NCBI GenBank assembly: GCA_013239625.1
Contig: MU054187.1
Location: 11,669,893 to 11,733,892, forward strand
Direction of reading: 5' to 3'
Length of the DNA: 64,000 nt
Origin: Lama guanicoe
Taxonomy: Eukaryota
Position numbers and translations under genes: made by a program. The notes below the pieces were generated by a model. That model was not told where the DNA came from. It saw nothing but the letters and a program-made list of their open reading frames with translations, and ran no database searches. Shown here piece after piece: positions 35,908 to 50,675 of this stretch (positions are counted from its first letter, which is position 1; the number at the start of each line of letters is the position of its first letter).

Positions 35908-37309
35908 GTAAGACTACTTAAATTTGCATTAGAGCCACATTCTGTCAGCCTTTCTCAAATGATTTTTCTCTGTTTCTAAACCCACGACCTAGTGACTGTT
36001 GCACTCCTGTGTAAGTCATTGATATTCACATCACATTTGTTGAGTGGGCAACAAGATTTGTTAATCAGGCTTATCCCTGAAAGGAGAAACTCAGGCTTTT
36101 GAGCACAATTCCTTGTCTGATGTCACCCAGGCAGTCACAGTAGAAGACAGAGCTGATATAAAAGTCCCTCAGCTGCCTGAACTGCAAAGCTTCTGGGATT
36201 ACTGATCCCTGAAATACAGGTGACTCTTGATAATAATTTGGAAATTAGTTCATATGATCAGGTTCTTCCAGTCCTGTAAATGGGTTCCGTGGCCCCAGCC
36301 CCAGGAGAACTTGGTCATAATGGCCGTGTTGTGAGGGGTGGGATGGGAAGGCAGAGGTGTAAGAGCTGGAATCACTTAGACTCCACACTCACTAAACACA
36401 GACTCCAGAGCCTAATTGTTGTCTGGTTCTGTTCTGGATTTAAGAGAATGTTCGGACATGATTCTTACCCTTCAAGAGTCACTGCCTGGGTGGAAGTAAC
36501 CTTTATATAAACCTGGAAGGGATGGTGATTAAAGCAGATGGGCTGTTACGGTACTCAGTGTGCCCAGGGTCACCCTTCCAGGCACTTGTGGGAGTGAGAG
36601 TGATGTTATTTGCTCATTCACTGATTTATCAGCCTTGAATTGATCATTTGTCCCACAGTAAGTGAAACAAGGGATCAGGAACCTGAGTTTTGTCCCCTCT
36701 CCTGTCACTGATTGTGTCTGTCAGTCGGGTGCCCTGCGTATGCACTGTGAAATGGTGTGGTATTTCTTCCCCAATGGAGCTACACCATCAGTTTTGAGAA
36801 TCAGGGGAGACACGTGGGTAGGACAGCGCCCTGACACACATGACTCCCTCTCACCCCTGCCATGAGACATCATTGTCGACGCTCAGGTGGCCTGATGGAG
36901 ACTGTGGTTCTAAACCTGAGAGTGTGTAGTGATCTTGGCAACTCTATGAAAATACGGACTACCAGTCCCTACCTGTGAAGATTCTGAGGGTCTGCTCCCC
37001 AGAATTCTGCATTTTAAGAAACACTTCAGGTAATTCTGATGATGATCTGAGTGTCCCACTGAGAAACACTGGTATGCAATGCACAATATTGAGGAGCCTC
37101 AGGGAAAGATGTCTTTTCAGGATGGTCCAAGGGCCCTCACTTGAGACTTTCGCCTTGGGTTTATTTGTATGTGTTCAGAAGTGATATGTCTCACTTCTGG
37201 TGCTTGTCAGCATGCTCTGTACAGGGACTTGCACTCAGTAGATGGCAAAAACTGTGATTCTTCAGGTCACTGAGCTAGAGTGTGTAGCTACATAATTTTT
37301 TAGTTAAAA

Positions 37310-37460
37310 TGTGTGTGTGTGTGTGTGTATGTATATATAGCACATAATGTATGTATTATGTCATGTATGTATAATGTATGTATGTAATATATAGCACATA
37401 TGTAAGTGTATTATATAATGTGTATGTCATGTAACATGTATTATATATATGCATATGCAG
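37310..37460. repeat. (TG)n/(TATG)n low-complexity tract
   Basis: Direct reading. Confidence 0.85.
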
Positions 37461-40400
37461 ATACACAAACGTATGCTAAATGATACTATGCTTGCTTGCT
37501 TTCCTGTCTCACCTCTCTGGCTTAACTTTTCCTAACTACTCTTTCAATTCACACTTTTCCCAGTGTGTTGGCATACCGCCCATTTTACTGTATATTTCAA
37601 AGCATTATTTTATAAAAAGCTACTCAGTAATGTTAAAATATAAATGATCTAGATGTGTGTGCTATTGTATCTAGCAAACTTTTTGAGGGCTAACCTGAAA
37701 GGCTTGATTCAATATATAGAGTAAGTGTTTATTACTTCCTGAGTCAGGGGACTATAACCTACTGACTAACATAAATGATACATCATGCCAAAAAAATTAA
37801 TCAGAAAACTGGAAACTCTCTTTTTATACTAAAGATAATCTGGACACCGTCTGAGTGCAGGACATAATTTCTCTCATTAACAAACCTTCAGTATCCCATT
37901 TTAAAACACTAATTGTACCACATAATCCCATTTATTTTTATTTTTTTAACTTGAAACATTTTGCTTCCTAACAGTTCTTAAGGATACTATAGTTCTATTG
38001 TGTCCCTAACATTAATTTTAGGTGGCTTTTCTGTGTCAATTTTTTTCCTTTTCTTATCCCACCTGGTACTCAACTAACAGAGGTTGCTCCTAAACTCTAG
38101 AAACCACACTTGTTCTTTTCCACGATAATGCCTAGTCCAACTTTGTGGCTTTACATCTTGTAGCTCTTCAGTTTCAAAATCATATGTTATTTTATATAAC
38201 TTCTTGCATTAATTTGTGAAATGTTTAATTTTTCCTCTTCCTCATTTTTAAAAAAAATTCTCTGGCTTGAGAGGACTTGTTTTCACTATGCAGTGCAGCA
38301 GTGGGAGACACCCACGTTCAGCAGGTGTGTTTTCTACAATTCACTCTCTGCATTCTAGTTCATGTATGTATGGGCAGCAGAGCCCATGATGCTGCAGCAG
38401 GTGTAATAAATGTGAGCAGTCTTTTAGCCTATTTTAAAGATACAAATACAAAAATTTAGAACATCGGGAAGTGTTGACCCTGATCTCCAATTCTGGAGAA
38501 CTTACACACAGAGAAATGATGTAAGAGAATAGATCCAATAAAAGTTTCAAAACCCTATTCTAATATTAATGTGCAAAAGACAATGAGCAATGATATAATA
38601 TCCATTCATTTTGGCAGGAACAAGATTGCTCCTTCACCAGGAGAGAATGACCCATTTTCATGCTGGCCTTTAAAAGCACGAAGAGTAAGTACAGACAGCC
38701 TAGGTCCAGACGTATGCTTCACAGGATCTCCGGGAAAGTCATCTCTGCTTCCTGCTGCCTTCTCTGTTTGAATGTTAGGAAGGGGAACAGAGAGAGCACT
38801 CAAAGTGCTGATATTATCTCAAACTGAAGTGACCAACAGTATTAAAGAGAATGAATGAATAAGCAATAAGCTGCCTGTCTTCTACAGCACCTAGGCTATT
38901 CAAATTTACTAATAAAAACAGCCACTAATATTTTAATAGCTTCCATTGAACACTGTTTTTCATCAGAATGAGTTTCTAGATATATCTCTAATATTAGATT
39001 ACAGTTTCCTCCAAATAGACACCCTTCTATTGAAATTGATCCAGTCTTTATCTTTTCTAGAAGATGATCCATGATACTAAGTTTTTACTAAGATACCCGC
39101 TTTTTCCCCTACGAAATGACGTTAAGTATGGAGTGACCGAGATTTCACTACTCTAGAAAACAGACTCATAAGGATTTATTAAAAAAAAACAAACGAATCT
39201 ATGTTTTCAAACTTGACAATTTAAATTGAACTGCAAGATGAAAGACTCATAAAAGAAAACAAAAAAATTCACAGATTTTCATGATTCAAATGATAAAAAA
39301 ATTTCCTTCAGCATGCTTTCTTTTCACCTCCATAATAAAGGAGGCAGGAATTATACTCTGAAAAATCAAGGAAGTCTCACTTTAATATTGTATTTTAAGA
39401 GGTGGAAATGTTAGAACATTAAAGTAGGAATGTTAAGACAAATCTCATGCCACTAACTGGTTACATTTAATGATGAGAAACTGTATCAGAGTGGGTAGGT
39501 GTGATGTTGCCACAGGCATGCTGACAGGCTAGCAGTAAGTCATCTAACTCTGATACAAGCACTGGGCATTTGCAGCAGTACAGACCTGGCTTCAAATACT
39601 GGCTCCAATGTGCACCTTAAACAGGCAAATAAATTAAAATCTCTGGTCTTTGGTTATTTAATTTGTAAAAAAGAAATAATAAAAAAACTAACCTCACATA
39701 GATGCTGTAGGGACTATAAAAGAAAAGGTATGTAAAGAATCTTAAATTACACCTGGAACAAAATAGATGGCCAAAAAGTTATCTCCATAGCTGAGTGATA
39801 GTCGTGGCTGTTGGTCAGGGGTTGAGCAGAGGTGACTAATTTATGTATATAGAAGAGGCCTGTGGTCCAGGGAAACAGTCTCAGAGAAAGTGATCTATTA
39901 GTAACATCAGATAAAGTGATATTATTTGAGGAAAGAAAGTTGAGCAAAGAAATTTTATTTCAAAATCAACTTAAAAATATAGTTTCAGCTTCTTCAAAAC
40001 TGATTAGTACTGTGGACTGTGGCATGAATTCATACAGTAGTTCAGTCTCTTTTGAGCAAAACCTGATCACTGCTTTCAGGGAAAGCATGTACCAAACTGC
40101 CAGGTGAATCAAGGTACATCAAACATTGCATATAAATACATTTTAAAAATCCAGCAATACAATTATGTTTATGATAACTAGTTCTTGACAGTACAATTTC
40201 TTGAAGCTGTAACAAATTTCCTCAAGAGTTTTGATTTTGCCAGTTTTTCAAAAAAAAATTGTCCCTGATTCCTTGGCCTTTCATTAATAATTACAAGAGA
40301 ATATTTGGTTTCTTTTGCACATGTAAATTTTGCTAAGAGAGGTCTGATATTGGCACTTTTTACTCCATTTATTAAATAGTAGTAACCTCAAAACTGTTGC

Positions 40401-40479
40401 CTTGAAATTTTAAGATATAAAATTTCAAATAAAATTTTAAATTTTAAAAATTGGGAAAGCTCTAAATAGTCTTTATGGT

Positions 40480-40632
40480 TTTCTTTGTTTGTTTTGCTTT
40501 TGTTTTTGTTTTTGGTGGGGAGAGGTAATTCAGTTTACTTATTTATTCTTAGAGGAAGTACTGGGGACTGAACTCAGTACCACCTCACACATGCTAAGCA
40601 TACACTTTACCACTTGAGCTATACCCTCCCCT
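40480..40632 (-). mobile_element. Vic-1-type tRNA-derived SINE (camelid)
   Basis: Reverse complement begins GGGGAGGGTATAGCTCAAGTGGTAAAG, homologous to 17800; the tail is T-rich on the plus strand. Confidence 0.85.
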
Positions 40633-40779
40633 CTAAGTAATGTTTTTAAATTTGCAACTTGCTTTATAAATTGATCACTGAATCTATAGATCAGAGTTAA
40701 ATATATATACAAAAAAAAAAAGACAAAATTTTGACTAGGGAAACAGCAGTATAGATTGCACACCAAGGAGTGGTGAGAT

Positions 40780-41229
40780 TGAGGCGGGAAGCCCCATAAA
40801 AAAGACTGACAGGACTCCCAAGCAGGGCCACTACTCTCATGCTGGCACCATCCAGTTCCCTGGCCCAGAGGCTCTATCTCACTTTTTGCGTCTGAAATGG
40901 CTTACTTACCCCTAAAATTCTACTGGTTCCCTGAGCTCACTTCTGATTGGTTATTTCCTTCACTCCTGATTGGTCTATTTCTAAAAAGCTTGCTCTTAGT
41001 TGATTAGCTTTTGTTACACTTTATCATATGATGTTGCAAAGTGTAAAACTGTCAGCCTATAAAGGCCTGTGTAAACCTACAGAGAGGGATCCAGAGCTTG
41101 GAGTGTTAACTCCTCTGGGCCTGCTGGCATAATAAACCCGAGTTCTCCAACTCTCTGAGTGCTGCTTGGTCTCTCGCCCGGATCCAGGTTGCTGTCACAA
41201 CTGAGCTGTAACACATTTTTTCTGCAACA
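40780..41229 (+). mobile_element. ERV1-class solo LTR (450 bp)
   Basis: TG...CA termini, 4-bp TSD AGAT (40776-40779 and 41230-41233), two CTGATTGG (CCAAT) boxes, TATAAA at ~41058 and AATAAA at ~41131. Confidence 0.85.
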
Positions 41230-43013
41230 AGATCACAGGTTGGGGGTAGATGACAGGGAAAGAGAAAGTAAGAGAGACAGAGGTTTATTCCAGGAGAGAA
41301 ATTCAGTGATCACATCCATCCATAGTCCTGGTCACTACAAATCAGAGAACACCCAGTGTACTTAGGGGAATGATTAACAATAGCACACCTGGAATGGTAC
41401 TTTCTCAAGAGACGAGCTCATAAATACTGACCCTTCTCTGAGATGCATAGGGTAAAATAAACAGAACATCTTTGAACTGATGTACGTACCAAAGGAGAAG
41501 TTACCATTACTAATGACCCAGTCACAGCTAATGATTTTATGGCTAACCAGAGGCCTGGGTAGTTATACTAAACTTAGAGAACAGCTTTGCAGCACCTCAT
41601 GGTGATTTTTATTCTCAGCTGAACCATTTAAAATGCAGTTCTTTTAATGAACTATGAAACGATCCAATAAGATCCTCTCAAGCATAAGTCAGGCTGTGTG
41701 AGTTCATGTTGATGGGATTTAAGAAGCCAGGACTCAATATGAAAATTTAAGTGAATGAGGAATTAAAACTTAAAACCTTATAAAAAACTATCAGAAATGT
41801 TGATAAATGTAATATAGTTTGGAGATGGAAAGGAGTTCACTCTACCTCTTTTTAAAAGCAAATAAACCTTTTTGTAAAAAAGATTTTGGCCAAAACTAGC
41901 TTACAGTCTCATCTCTAAAACATCCACTGACAAAGGGAAGTGGACTAACCATGTAACCATGGTGGGCTTATACCAGTCAGAATTAACCCTCATGAAAGAG
42001 TAAACATCTTTTTCCCTGAACTGCCAACACCCAAATATAATGTGTATTCTATAAGGAAAGAAAGTGGAAGAAATGGTATTTGAGCAGGCAGACAGCATAT
42101 GCCTTTCACACTTTGCTATCCATGATCCAAATTAAAATTTCCTTGAACATAATCTGGTAATATGAATCCAAGTCCTTCAAAGTACACATTTCATTGGAAA
42201 AGGAAATGTACTTCTAAAAATGTTATCTTAAGAAAATAATCAAATAAAGTGTAAAAAATCTACATAAGACTATAGATTTCAGAAATACTTTAAGTATCAA
42301 AAATAATGAAAAATTTGAAGGAGGTATGTTAAACAAATAATGGGATGTTTATACTGTTAAATAAAATGTAGCCTTACAAAATAATGACATAAAAATTTGA
42401 TCATAGTTTGTTAAATGGTACTAAAACTGTTTAATTCAAATATATGCTCTAAAATCAAAAACAAAACAAAAAACAAAAACGAAAACAAAAACAAAACCCT
42501 AAGATTTTGACATCAAAATGGTAACAAAAGCCAAGGGTAACTTATTTTCTTATTTATACTTTTTAAAATTTTCTAGAGGATTTTTGATATGCATATTTTA
42601 ATCAGGTAACAAACAATGGGAAGGAAGGGAGAGAAACAAGAAACTTCTAAATATTAAAGGCACTAAGTTCATATATTTTTATAATAGCAGAAGATTGTAA
42701 ATAATGTCAATGTCCAACATTAGAAGCCTTGTTAAGGAAACCTGTAGAAACATTGGTATAGAAAGATGATCACAACACATAATTGAATGAAAAGCATATG
42801 TTACAATACTGTAGACTTTGCACATTGCCATTTTTGTTTTATATGTATTTCTAGATAGATATTATCTCTAACAGTAGGATATCCATAGGTCTATTTTAGT
42901 AATTAAATTTTATCCTTGCACTCTAATTTTCATACAATGAATGTTTATTTTATAGTTCTCTATTATTTGTTGAAAAAAAGGGAAAAGTATTCTAAGTAAA
43001 AAAAGGGTTTTTT

Positions 43014-45072
43014 AAAAAAGGGATCCAAATTGGAAAAGAAGAGGTAAAAGTGTCACTATATGCCGACGACATGTTACTATATATAGAAAACCCTAAAAAG
43101 TTCACACAAAAATTACTAGAGCTGATTGAAGAATTCAGCAAGGTAGCAGGTTATAAGATTAATGTTCAAAAATCAGTTGCATTTCTTTATGCTAATAATG
43201 AATCAACAGAAAAAGAAAGTAAAGAAACAATCCCCTTTAAAATAGAACCCAAAGTAATAAAGTACCTAGGAATAAACCTAACCAAAGAAGTGAAAGAATT
43301 ATATACAGAAAACTATAAACCATTGATGAAGGAAATTAAAGAAGACTTTAAGAAATGGAAAGATATCCCATGCTCTTGTATTGGAAGAATAAATATTGTT
43401 AAAATGGTCACACTGCCCAAGACAATCTACAGATTTAATGCAATCCCTATCAAATTACCCAGGACATATTTCACAGAACTAGAACAAATCATAATACAAT
43501 TTATATGGAACCATCAAAGACCTAGAATTGCCAAAGCATTACTGAAGAGAAAGAAAGAGGCTGGAGGAATAACTCTCCCAGACTTCAGACAATACTGTAG
43601 AGCTACAGTCATCAAGACAGCATGGTATTGGTACAAAAACAGACATATAGACCAATGGAACAGAATAGAGAGCCCAGAAATGAACCCACAAACTTTCGGT
43701 CAACTAATCTTCGACAAAGGAGGCAAGAATATACAATGGAATAAAGACAGTCTCTTCAGCAAATGGTGTTGGGAAAACTGCACAGCAGCCTGTAAAACAA
43801 TGAAGTTAGAACACTCCCTTACACCATACACAAAAATAAACTCAAAATGGATCAAAGACTTAAACATAAGACAAGATACAATAAACCTCCTAGAGGAAAA
43901 CATAGGCAAAACATTATCTGACATACATTTCAAAAATTTTCTCCTAGAAGAAATAAAAGCAAGAATCAAATGGGACCTAATGAAACTTACAAGCTTCTGC
44001 ACAGCAAAGGAAACCATAAGTAAAACAAGAAGACAACCTATGGAATGGGAGAAAAATTTTGCAAATGAAACCGACAAAGGCTTGATCTCCAGAATATATA
44101 AGCAGTTCATATGACTCAATAAGAAAAAAATAAACAACCCAATCCGAAAATGGGTAGAAGACCTTAACAAGCAATTCTCCAAGGAAGACATACAAATGAT
44201 CAAAAAGCACATGAAAAAATGCTCAATATCACTAATTATCAGAGAAATGCAAATCAAAACTACAATGAGATATTACCTCACACCAGTCAGAATGGCCGTC
44301 ATTCAAAATCCACAAATGACAAATGCTGGAGAGGCTGTGGAGAAAGGGGAACCCTCCTACACTGCTGGTGGGAATGCAGTTTGGTGCAGCCACTATGGAA
44401 AACAGTATGGAGATTCCTCAAAAGACTAGGAATAGACTTACCATATGACCTAGGAATCCCACTCCTGGGCTTGTATCCAGAAGGAACCGTACTTCAGGAT
44501 GACACCTGCACCCCAATGTTCATAGCAGCAATATTTACAATAGCCAAGACATGGAAACAGCCTAAATGTCCATCAACGGATGACTGGATAAAGAAGTGGT
44601 GGTATATTTATACAGTGGACTACTACTCAGCCATAAAAACCAACAACATAATGCCATTTGCAGCAACATGGATGCTCCTGGAGAATGTCATTCTAAGTGA
44701 AGTAAGCCAAAAAGAGAAAGAAAAATACCATATGAGATCACTTATATGTGGAAACTAAAAAACAAAAACAAAAACAAAAACAAACAAAGCATAAATACTA
44801 AACAGAAATAGACTCATAGACATAGAATACAAACTTATGGTTGCCAAGGGGGCAGAGGGTGGGAAGGGACAGACAGGATTTCAAAATTGTAGAATAGATA
44901 AACAAGATTATACTGTATAGCACAGGGAAATATACACAAGATCTTATGGTAGCTCACAGACAAAAAAATGTGAAAATGCACATATATATGTTCATGTATA
45001 ACTGAAAAATTGTGCTCTACACTGGAATTTGACACAACATTGTAAAATGATTATAAATCAATGAAAAATGTT
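43014..45072 (+). mobile_element. 5'-truncated L1 (RT C-half to 3' UTR), inactivated
   Basis: ORF 43050-44114 contains the YADD reverse-transcriptase motif; a stop and a frameshift precede the C-terminal piece 44219-44758. TSD-like AAAAAAAGG(G)TTTTTT at 42998-43013 and 45073-45087. Confidence 0.95.
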
Positions 45073-45134
45073 AAAAAAAGGTTTTTTTTCTTTGTTTAAT
45101 GGAAAGAACAGATTAAAAAGGAGAATATGAAAAT

Positions 45135-45627
45135 TGTATTAGTTTTCTATTTCTGCTGTAGCAAATTACTACAAATGTAGTGGCTTAAAAATAGGAATTT
45201 ATTATCTCGTAGACCTATAGGTCATAAGACCAACAAAGACCCCTCAGACTATCATCAAGCTCTCCACAGGGCTGCATTCCATTTTGGAATCTAGGGGAGA
45301 ATTCCCTTTCCTTGCCTCTTCCAACTTCTAGAAGCCACCTGCTTTCACTGACTTAAAGCCCTTCTTCCATCTTCAAAGGCACCAAGGTCACATCTGTCTA
45401 ATCCTTTTTCTGTGACTGTATCTTTCTCTGATCTTTGCTAGGAAAGGTTCTCTACTCTTAAGGACTCATGTGATTAGACTGGGCCCACAAGGATAATTTT
45501 CCCATCTCAAGTTCTAGAATCTTCATCATATCTGCAAATCCCCCTTGGCATGTAAGGTAACACATTGACAGGTTCTGGAGATTAGAATATGGACAGTCTT
45601 TGTGGGACTATTACTCTGCCCACTACA
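45135..45627 (-). mobile_element. MaLR (MLT1) solo LTR
   Basis: TGTATTAGTTTTCTATTTCTGCTGTAGCAAATTAC...CTGCCCACTACA with flanks AAAAT and CAAAT as a near 5-bp TSD. Confidence 0.8.
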
Positions 45628-45759
45628 CAAATTATCAGGAATGGCTGTTTTAAGTATGGTTGTTACCAATGAAACTTTAATTTACATAGAAAACAACTCA
45701 TTCACTAACTCCTCCTTGCCTTACCTCATCCTAGGTTTCTCCTATCTTAATGATATGAA

Positions 45760-46862
45760 AAAGGATGAACGTATCTATGTAAATCTCAGAACCAAAAGAC
45801 TTCTAGAAAAAAGCATAGGGTAAAACCTTTGTAATTCTCAGTTAGGCAAAGATTTCTTAAATAGTCAACAAAAGAACAGTCTATATAAGAAAAAAAATTG
45901 ATAAATTATACCTCATAAAGTTAAATATTTATTCTTCATAAACATTATTCAGAGAATGAAAAGTCTCATAATATTTACAAATGCATATTTCACAGAAGAC
46001 TGGTATGTAGAATACAAGAAGAATGCTTAGTCTCAGAGTAAAATTTCCAATTAAAAATGGACAAAATATTTGTATAGACAATTCACCAAATAAGGAATAT
46101 AGCAAGTAACACATAAAAGATATTCAGTATCATTAGTCATTAGGGAAATGCAAATGAAATTAAAATAAGATACCACTATACACCTGTTTAAATGGCTAAA
46201 AACTAAGAAGACTGAACATTTCAAGTGCTGACAAGGGATCAGATTACCTACAACTCTCATACACTGCTGGTGGGAAAGTATTTCATAAAAAGTAAAGCAT
46301 AACTACCATATAGCCCAGTCTACCATCACTAGGTATTTACTTAAGAGAAAAGAAAGCATACATCCATAAAATAATAGTATAGAAATATTCATAAAAGCTT
46401 ATTTTTTAAATCTCCAAACTGGAAACAACCCAAATGTTCATCAACAGGTGAATGGATAGACAAAGTGGTATATCCATGAAATGGAATACTATTCAGCAGA
46501 GAAAAAGACTGAACTCTTAATATGTATAACAATATAGAATGGGTCCCAAAATCACTATGTTGAGTGAAAGAACCCAGACAAAAGCAGGAGTAATACCATG
46601 ATTCCATTTGTATTAAAATTCTAGAAATGGGAACACAAAGGATAACTGTTGTTATCCAGGGGTGGGGCTTGGTGAGATTACAGGGTAGGAGAACAAAGGA
46701 GCACAAAGAACCTTTTGGAGATGATGGGTAGTTTCCTTATGTTGATTGTGGTCATGGTTCCAAGGCTGCATATATATGTCAAAATGTATCAGATAGTATA
46801 CTTTATGTACATTTTATTTCAGGTCAACTCCATATATCTAAATTAATTGTTTAAAAACAAAT
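45760..46862 (+). mobile_element. Old L1M 3' fragment
   Basis: CATTAGTCATTAGGGAAATGCAAAT...AAACTGGAAACAACCCAAATGTTCATCAACAGGTGAATGGATA. Confidence 0.8.
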
Positions 46863-49359
46863 AAAAAAGATAGGTTTCTATATGAATTGAGGGAAAAGTA
46901 AGTGATGAAGCTGGACAGGTAAGCTAGGGCTCAGATGGTCAAACAAGTTTTCACAGGTTTGAATAGTCCTGTGTGTAATGGGAAGCCTACTGAGACTGAT
47001 AAAAGACTGAAGTTGTCTGATCAGACCACCAAGGAATATACCCCGAAGGAAGCGTGTGGATTTTGAACTTGAATGGCAAGAATGTGGTACTGGGAACATA
47101 CTAGTTAGAAAGGTTGTACAATTCTTTAATTAAAATCTGATGATGGTTAAGTTAAGCAGGGCCAATGGAAAAAGTGAGGGAGACTGATTTGAGCTATAGT
47201 CATAAAGTATAAGAATTCAGTCTATAAGAACTGATGACCCATGAAACCTGAGAGCGTTTGGAGAGTTTTAGATCAAAGATGTACTAAGTTTGGAAGGCTC
47301 AGCACATGACAATTCCACAAGACTAGGGTATAAAACAAGGCTGAGGGAGGGAGATAATGACTGAGATTTTGCACATGTTGAATGGATCAGGTGAAGGGAT
47401 GATACTCAAATGAGACTAGCAGTCAGTGAAAAATATAAGTGGAAGTTGGGACAGAAATGTAGATTGGGGAATAAATACTTAATAGTTCAAAATAAAAGGA
47501 AGGATGACATCATTCAGGTAGAGTGTATACATCTATCAAAATTCATCAAATTATATATCTAACATATATGTAGTTTACTATACAGCAACCATAGTACAAT
47601 AAAGGTGTTAAAAAAAAAGCCCTTCAGTAGGAAAAAAAAGAAAAAAAAGAAAAATGTGTATATGCCACCAGAAGTTTGATAATTTCCTGATATGTAAGAA
47701 CTGTTCTGATAAGAAGTGGTGATACTAATGAATGTCACTTTTTGATATTGTATAATTGAATGTGTCAAAATTTGGAAGATCTATGTAACTCAATGAAACA
47801 ATATTTTCCAAATGGAAAAAAAAAGGTAGAGTGTGTAAAACAAGAATAAAAGATGACCTCCTATTTGGGGCTCCAGAAAACATCATTAAGGACTGGGTGG
47901 GTGAGTGGAGACAGAATTCATACAACACGAGAATGTGGACCAGAGAAACAGGAGAACCAAAGGAGGAAGAGATGCTCAATGGGCAGAGGGAAGCCAACCG
48001 GCTGTGAGGCAAAGTTTCTCAATTTAGCAACAGGTGGTCATTATGAACTTGGTGAGAGCAGTCGCCGTACAACCTTATGAGCAGAATCTGGTCAAAAAGA
48101 ATTTAACCAATGAACTAGAGTTAAGTGCAGGAAAAAGTGGAGACACTGAATAGGGATTACTCTTTAAAAATATATTAGTAGGGAGGTCAGTAAAACTTAT
48201 GTAAGAGTAAAATAAATTATGACATCATCCTGAAGATTAAACCTGTATGACAAAATTAAAAAAAAAAACCATTGCAGCCATTTTCCACTTTGTTTTTTTT
48301 TAAAACGCAATTACTAAGAACACAAAGAATCATTGTAAGTGCTACCACTCTAGCAGTTACTCTACTAAATAATTTGACTAGATCCTTATTATGTTCCAGT
48401 CACCACTGTAAGCACACACGAGCTTTATTTTTCAAAAAGCCCCTATATGTACAAACCATTTTTATCCCTATTTCACAAGTGAGGGGATTGAGGCAAAGAA
48501 AGGTTAAGTAACTTGTCCACAGAAAGTGACAGAGCTCATGTTTGAGTCCGAGTAACACTCTCAGCTATGACACTAAAATATAATTATTATTTGAAAGGGC
48601 TCTGGTATGACACACTCTTAAATCTACAATGAAAGCATACAAAATAGTTAATTTACCTACAACATTAAAATATAAAGAAAGAAATGTAAAAACTTCACCA
48701 AGGGACAAACTATGAACTACTGAAGTGATGATCATTCAGTTATTATTTCACACTTTCCTTTACTTTGACTACCAGTATTGAGAGTAGGTTAGACCCCTGT
48801 CAATGAAAAAATGCCCAGGGGCTACTCTGATCTGTGCTCAGGGGAGAGTAAGTTCATTTTTACATAGTCTTTGATTCCTTCAGTTCTGCAGACAGCAAGC
48901 TCTCAATTAGAAATGGGAGTGATCTGCTCTGATGTTTAGAGGGAAATGTCTGTTTCTCACCAAAGAAAGTGTACTTCTTTGAAATTTTAAAGGAACAGAT
49001 TGTGTAGTTTGGGTTCTGTAAGAGGCTGACTCAAAACCTGGGATGTTCACTGAAACATCAAGCCCATGGTATGCTTCAGATGCCAATCTTGTTTCTTGGA
49101 TGTGCTCTGGCTTTGGAATGAAAAGGGGAGATGCCCTATTGAAAGGCTCATGCTCTACCTTGGATGATGACATTGTTCTGAAGAGATTTCATGTAGTCAG
49201 ACTATGGCACTACTTTCTACAGAAGATTACCTGACTTTGTACATTCCTATTAAATCAGCTTAATTTCTTTGCTGACTGAATAACCTCCATTATCACCCAT
49301 GACAATTCTATATGTTGTTGTAAAAAAAAAATCGAGTACTTTAATATGGAAATGTTAGA

Positions 49360-50675
49360 CTGGCTGTTCTCAAAATTATTTGGTCTTAGAACCCCTTTGT
49401 AGTGAGAATCCAAAAGTGGTTTATTTAAGTTATATATATTGACATTTACCATATCAGAAGTTAGAAAATTTTAAGTATGTATTTAATGACAAAAATAAAC
49501 ACTATATATTAATGTATTTATGAAAAAATCTGTTTTCCAAAATTAAAATAGGTGACAAAAAGTGTTACATTTTTCTATTTTTTGCATATCTTAAAGTGAC
49601 AGGATTTAATGAGAGGAATTCCGATTCTCACATTTGGTTCTCCAAGCCACTTGCCATTTTGGTTGAAGATTATAGAGAAAATCTCGATTCACAGACATGT
49701 GGTTGGAAAAGGTGCATCAGAATAGCCTTCTAATATGCTTTGCTACCACATCAAAAATTGAAAGTAGTTTTTTATAAAGTTAAGTTGCAGTGCTGATCTG
49801 AAATTATATTAGTAACTTTTTTTGTAGCATGGAAAGTCAGTTGGTACATCTTGCACTTTGAATGGATTTTTTTTATTCATGAATAACTTTGTAATATCCT
49901 GCATTGATACTTGGAAAATAATGGTTTGCTGAATTATGTAGGTTTTCCAAAAGATAACTCATTTCATTTAACAATATTTAAAAGTCATATTCACTAATAT
50001 TACATTCCATCTCATCATAAGGATCTACAACTACTAGGAGGCTGTCAAACTCATCATGGCAGAGACATTTTCCATAACTGAAAAACTGAACACTCAAACT
50101 GTATCATTGACAACAAATACTGTCTTCCTTAAAGTCACAAATTTACTTTGTCCATTTTCAAGAAAATGTCTGAAAATAGCCAAGTCTAAATAGTCATTGC
50201 ATGTCTGTCAATCGTTTTTCAAGTAAAAGTGGCATGTGATATGGGGAAAAAAATTGTCTTGTTCAGTTCGCTACTCAAACAACCACACAAGTGTTTTACC
50301 TCCAGACAATCATACTTCAGTACACGGCCATGCTTTCCATTTTGTCACACAGAATATTAAGATTAAAACATGTTTACTCAAGGATTAAGGATTAACACAT
50401 TTATAATTTTTGCTGCTTTGTCAAGGATTTCAGTGAAATGCCTTTTTTTAAAACACACAGTGTTAACACATGGTGGTAAAGAATACAGTGACTAGTACAG
50501 TTTGATGCCACTGCCTTGATTCATGCTAACGTGACTGTGTCAGTTTTCCTTTTTGCACCATCAGTACCAATGTCAACAAGGTGAATAAGGAAATAATGTC
50601 TCAGTATTAATAGAAAAATAGTTCGAGCTTCCTGGCTCCCTTGAAAAGTCCACAAATCATGCTTTGAGAACTGCC
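49360..50675. mobile_element. Charlie1-like hAT transposon (internally deleted)
   Basis: Starts GGCTGTTCTCAAAATTATTTGGTCTTAGAACCCCTTT and ends CTTTGAGAACTGC, matching recalled Charlie1 termini; about 1.3 kb. Confidence 0.7.

Noticed and set aside
39862..40107. 81-aa plus-strand ORF as a coding exon downstream of 35907
   Set aside because: Flanked by in-frame stops, no convincing acceptor and no recognised homology.
43050..44758. 354-aa reverse-transcriptase ORF as an active or novel retroelement
   Set aside because: Ordinary 5'-truncated L1 ORF2 with a premature stop and frameshift.
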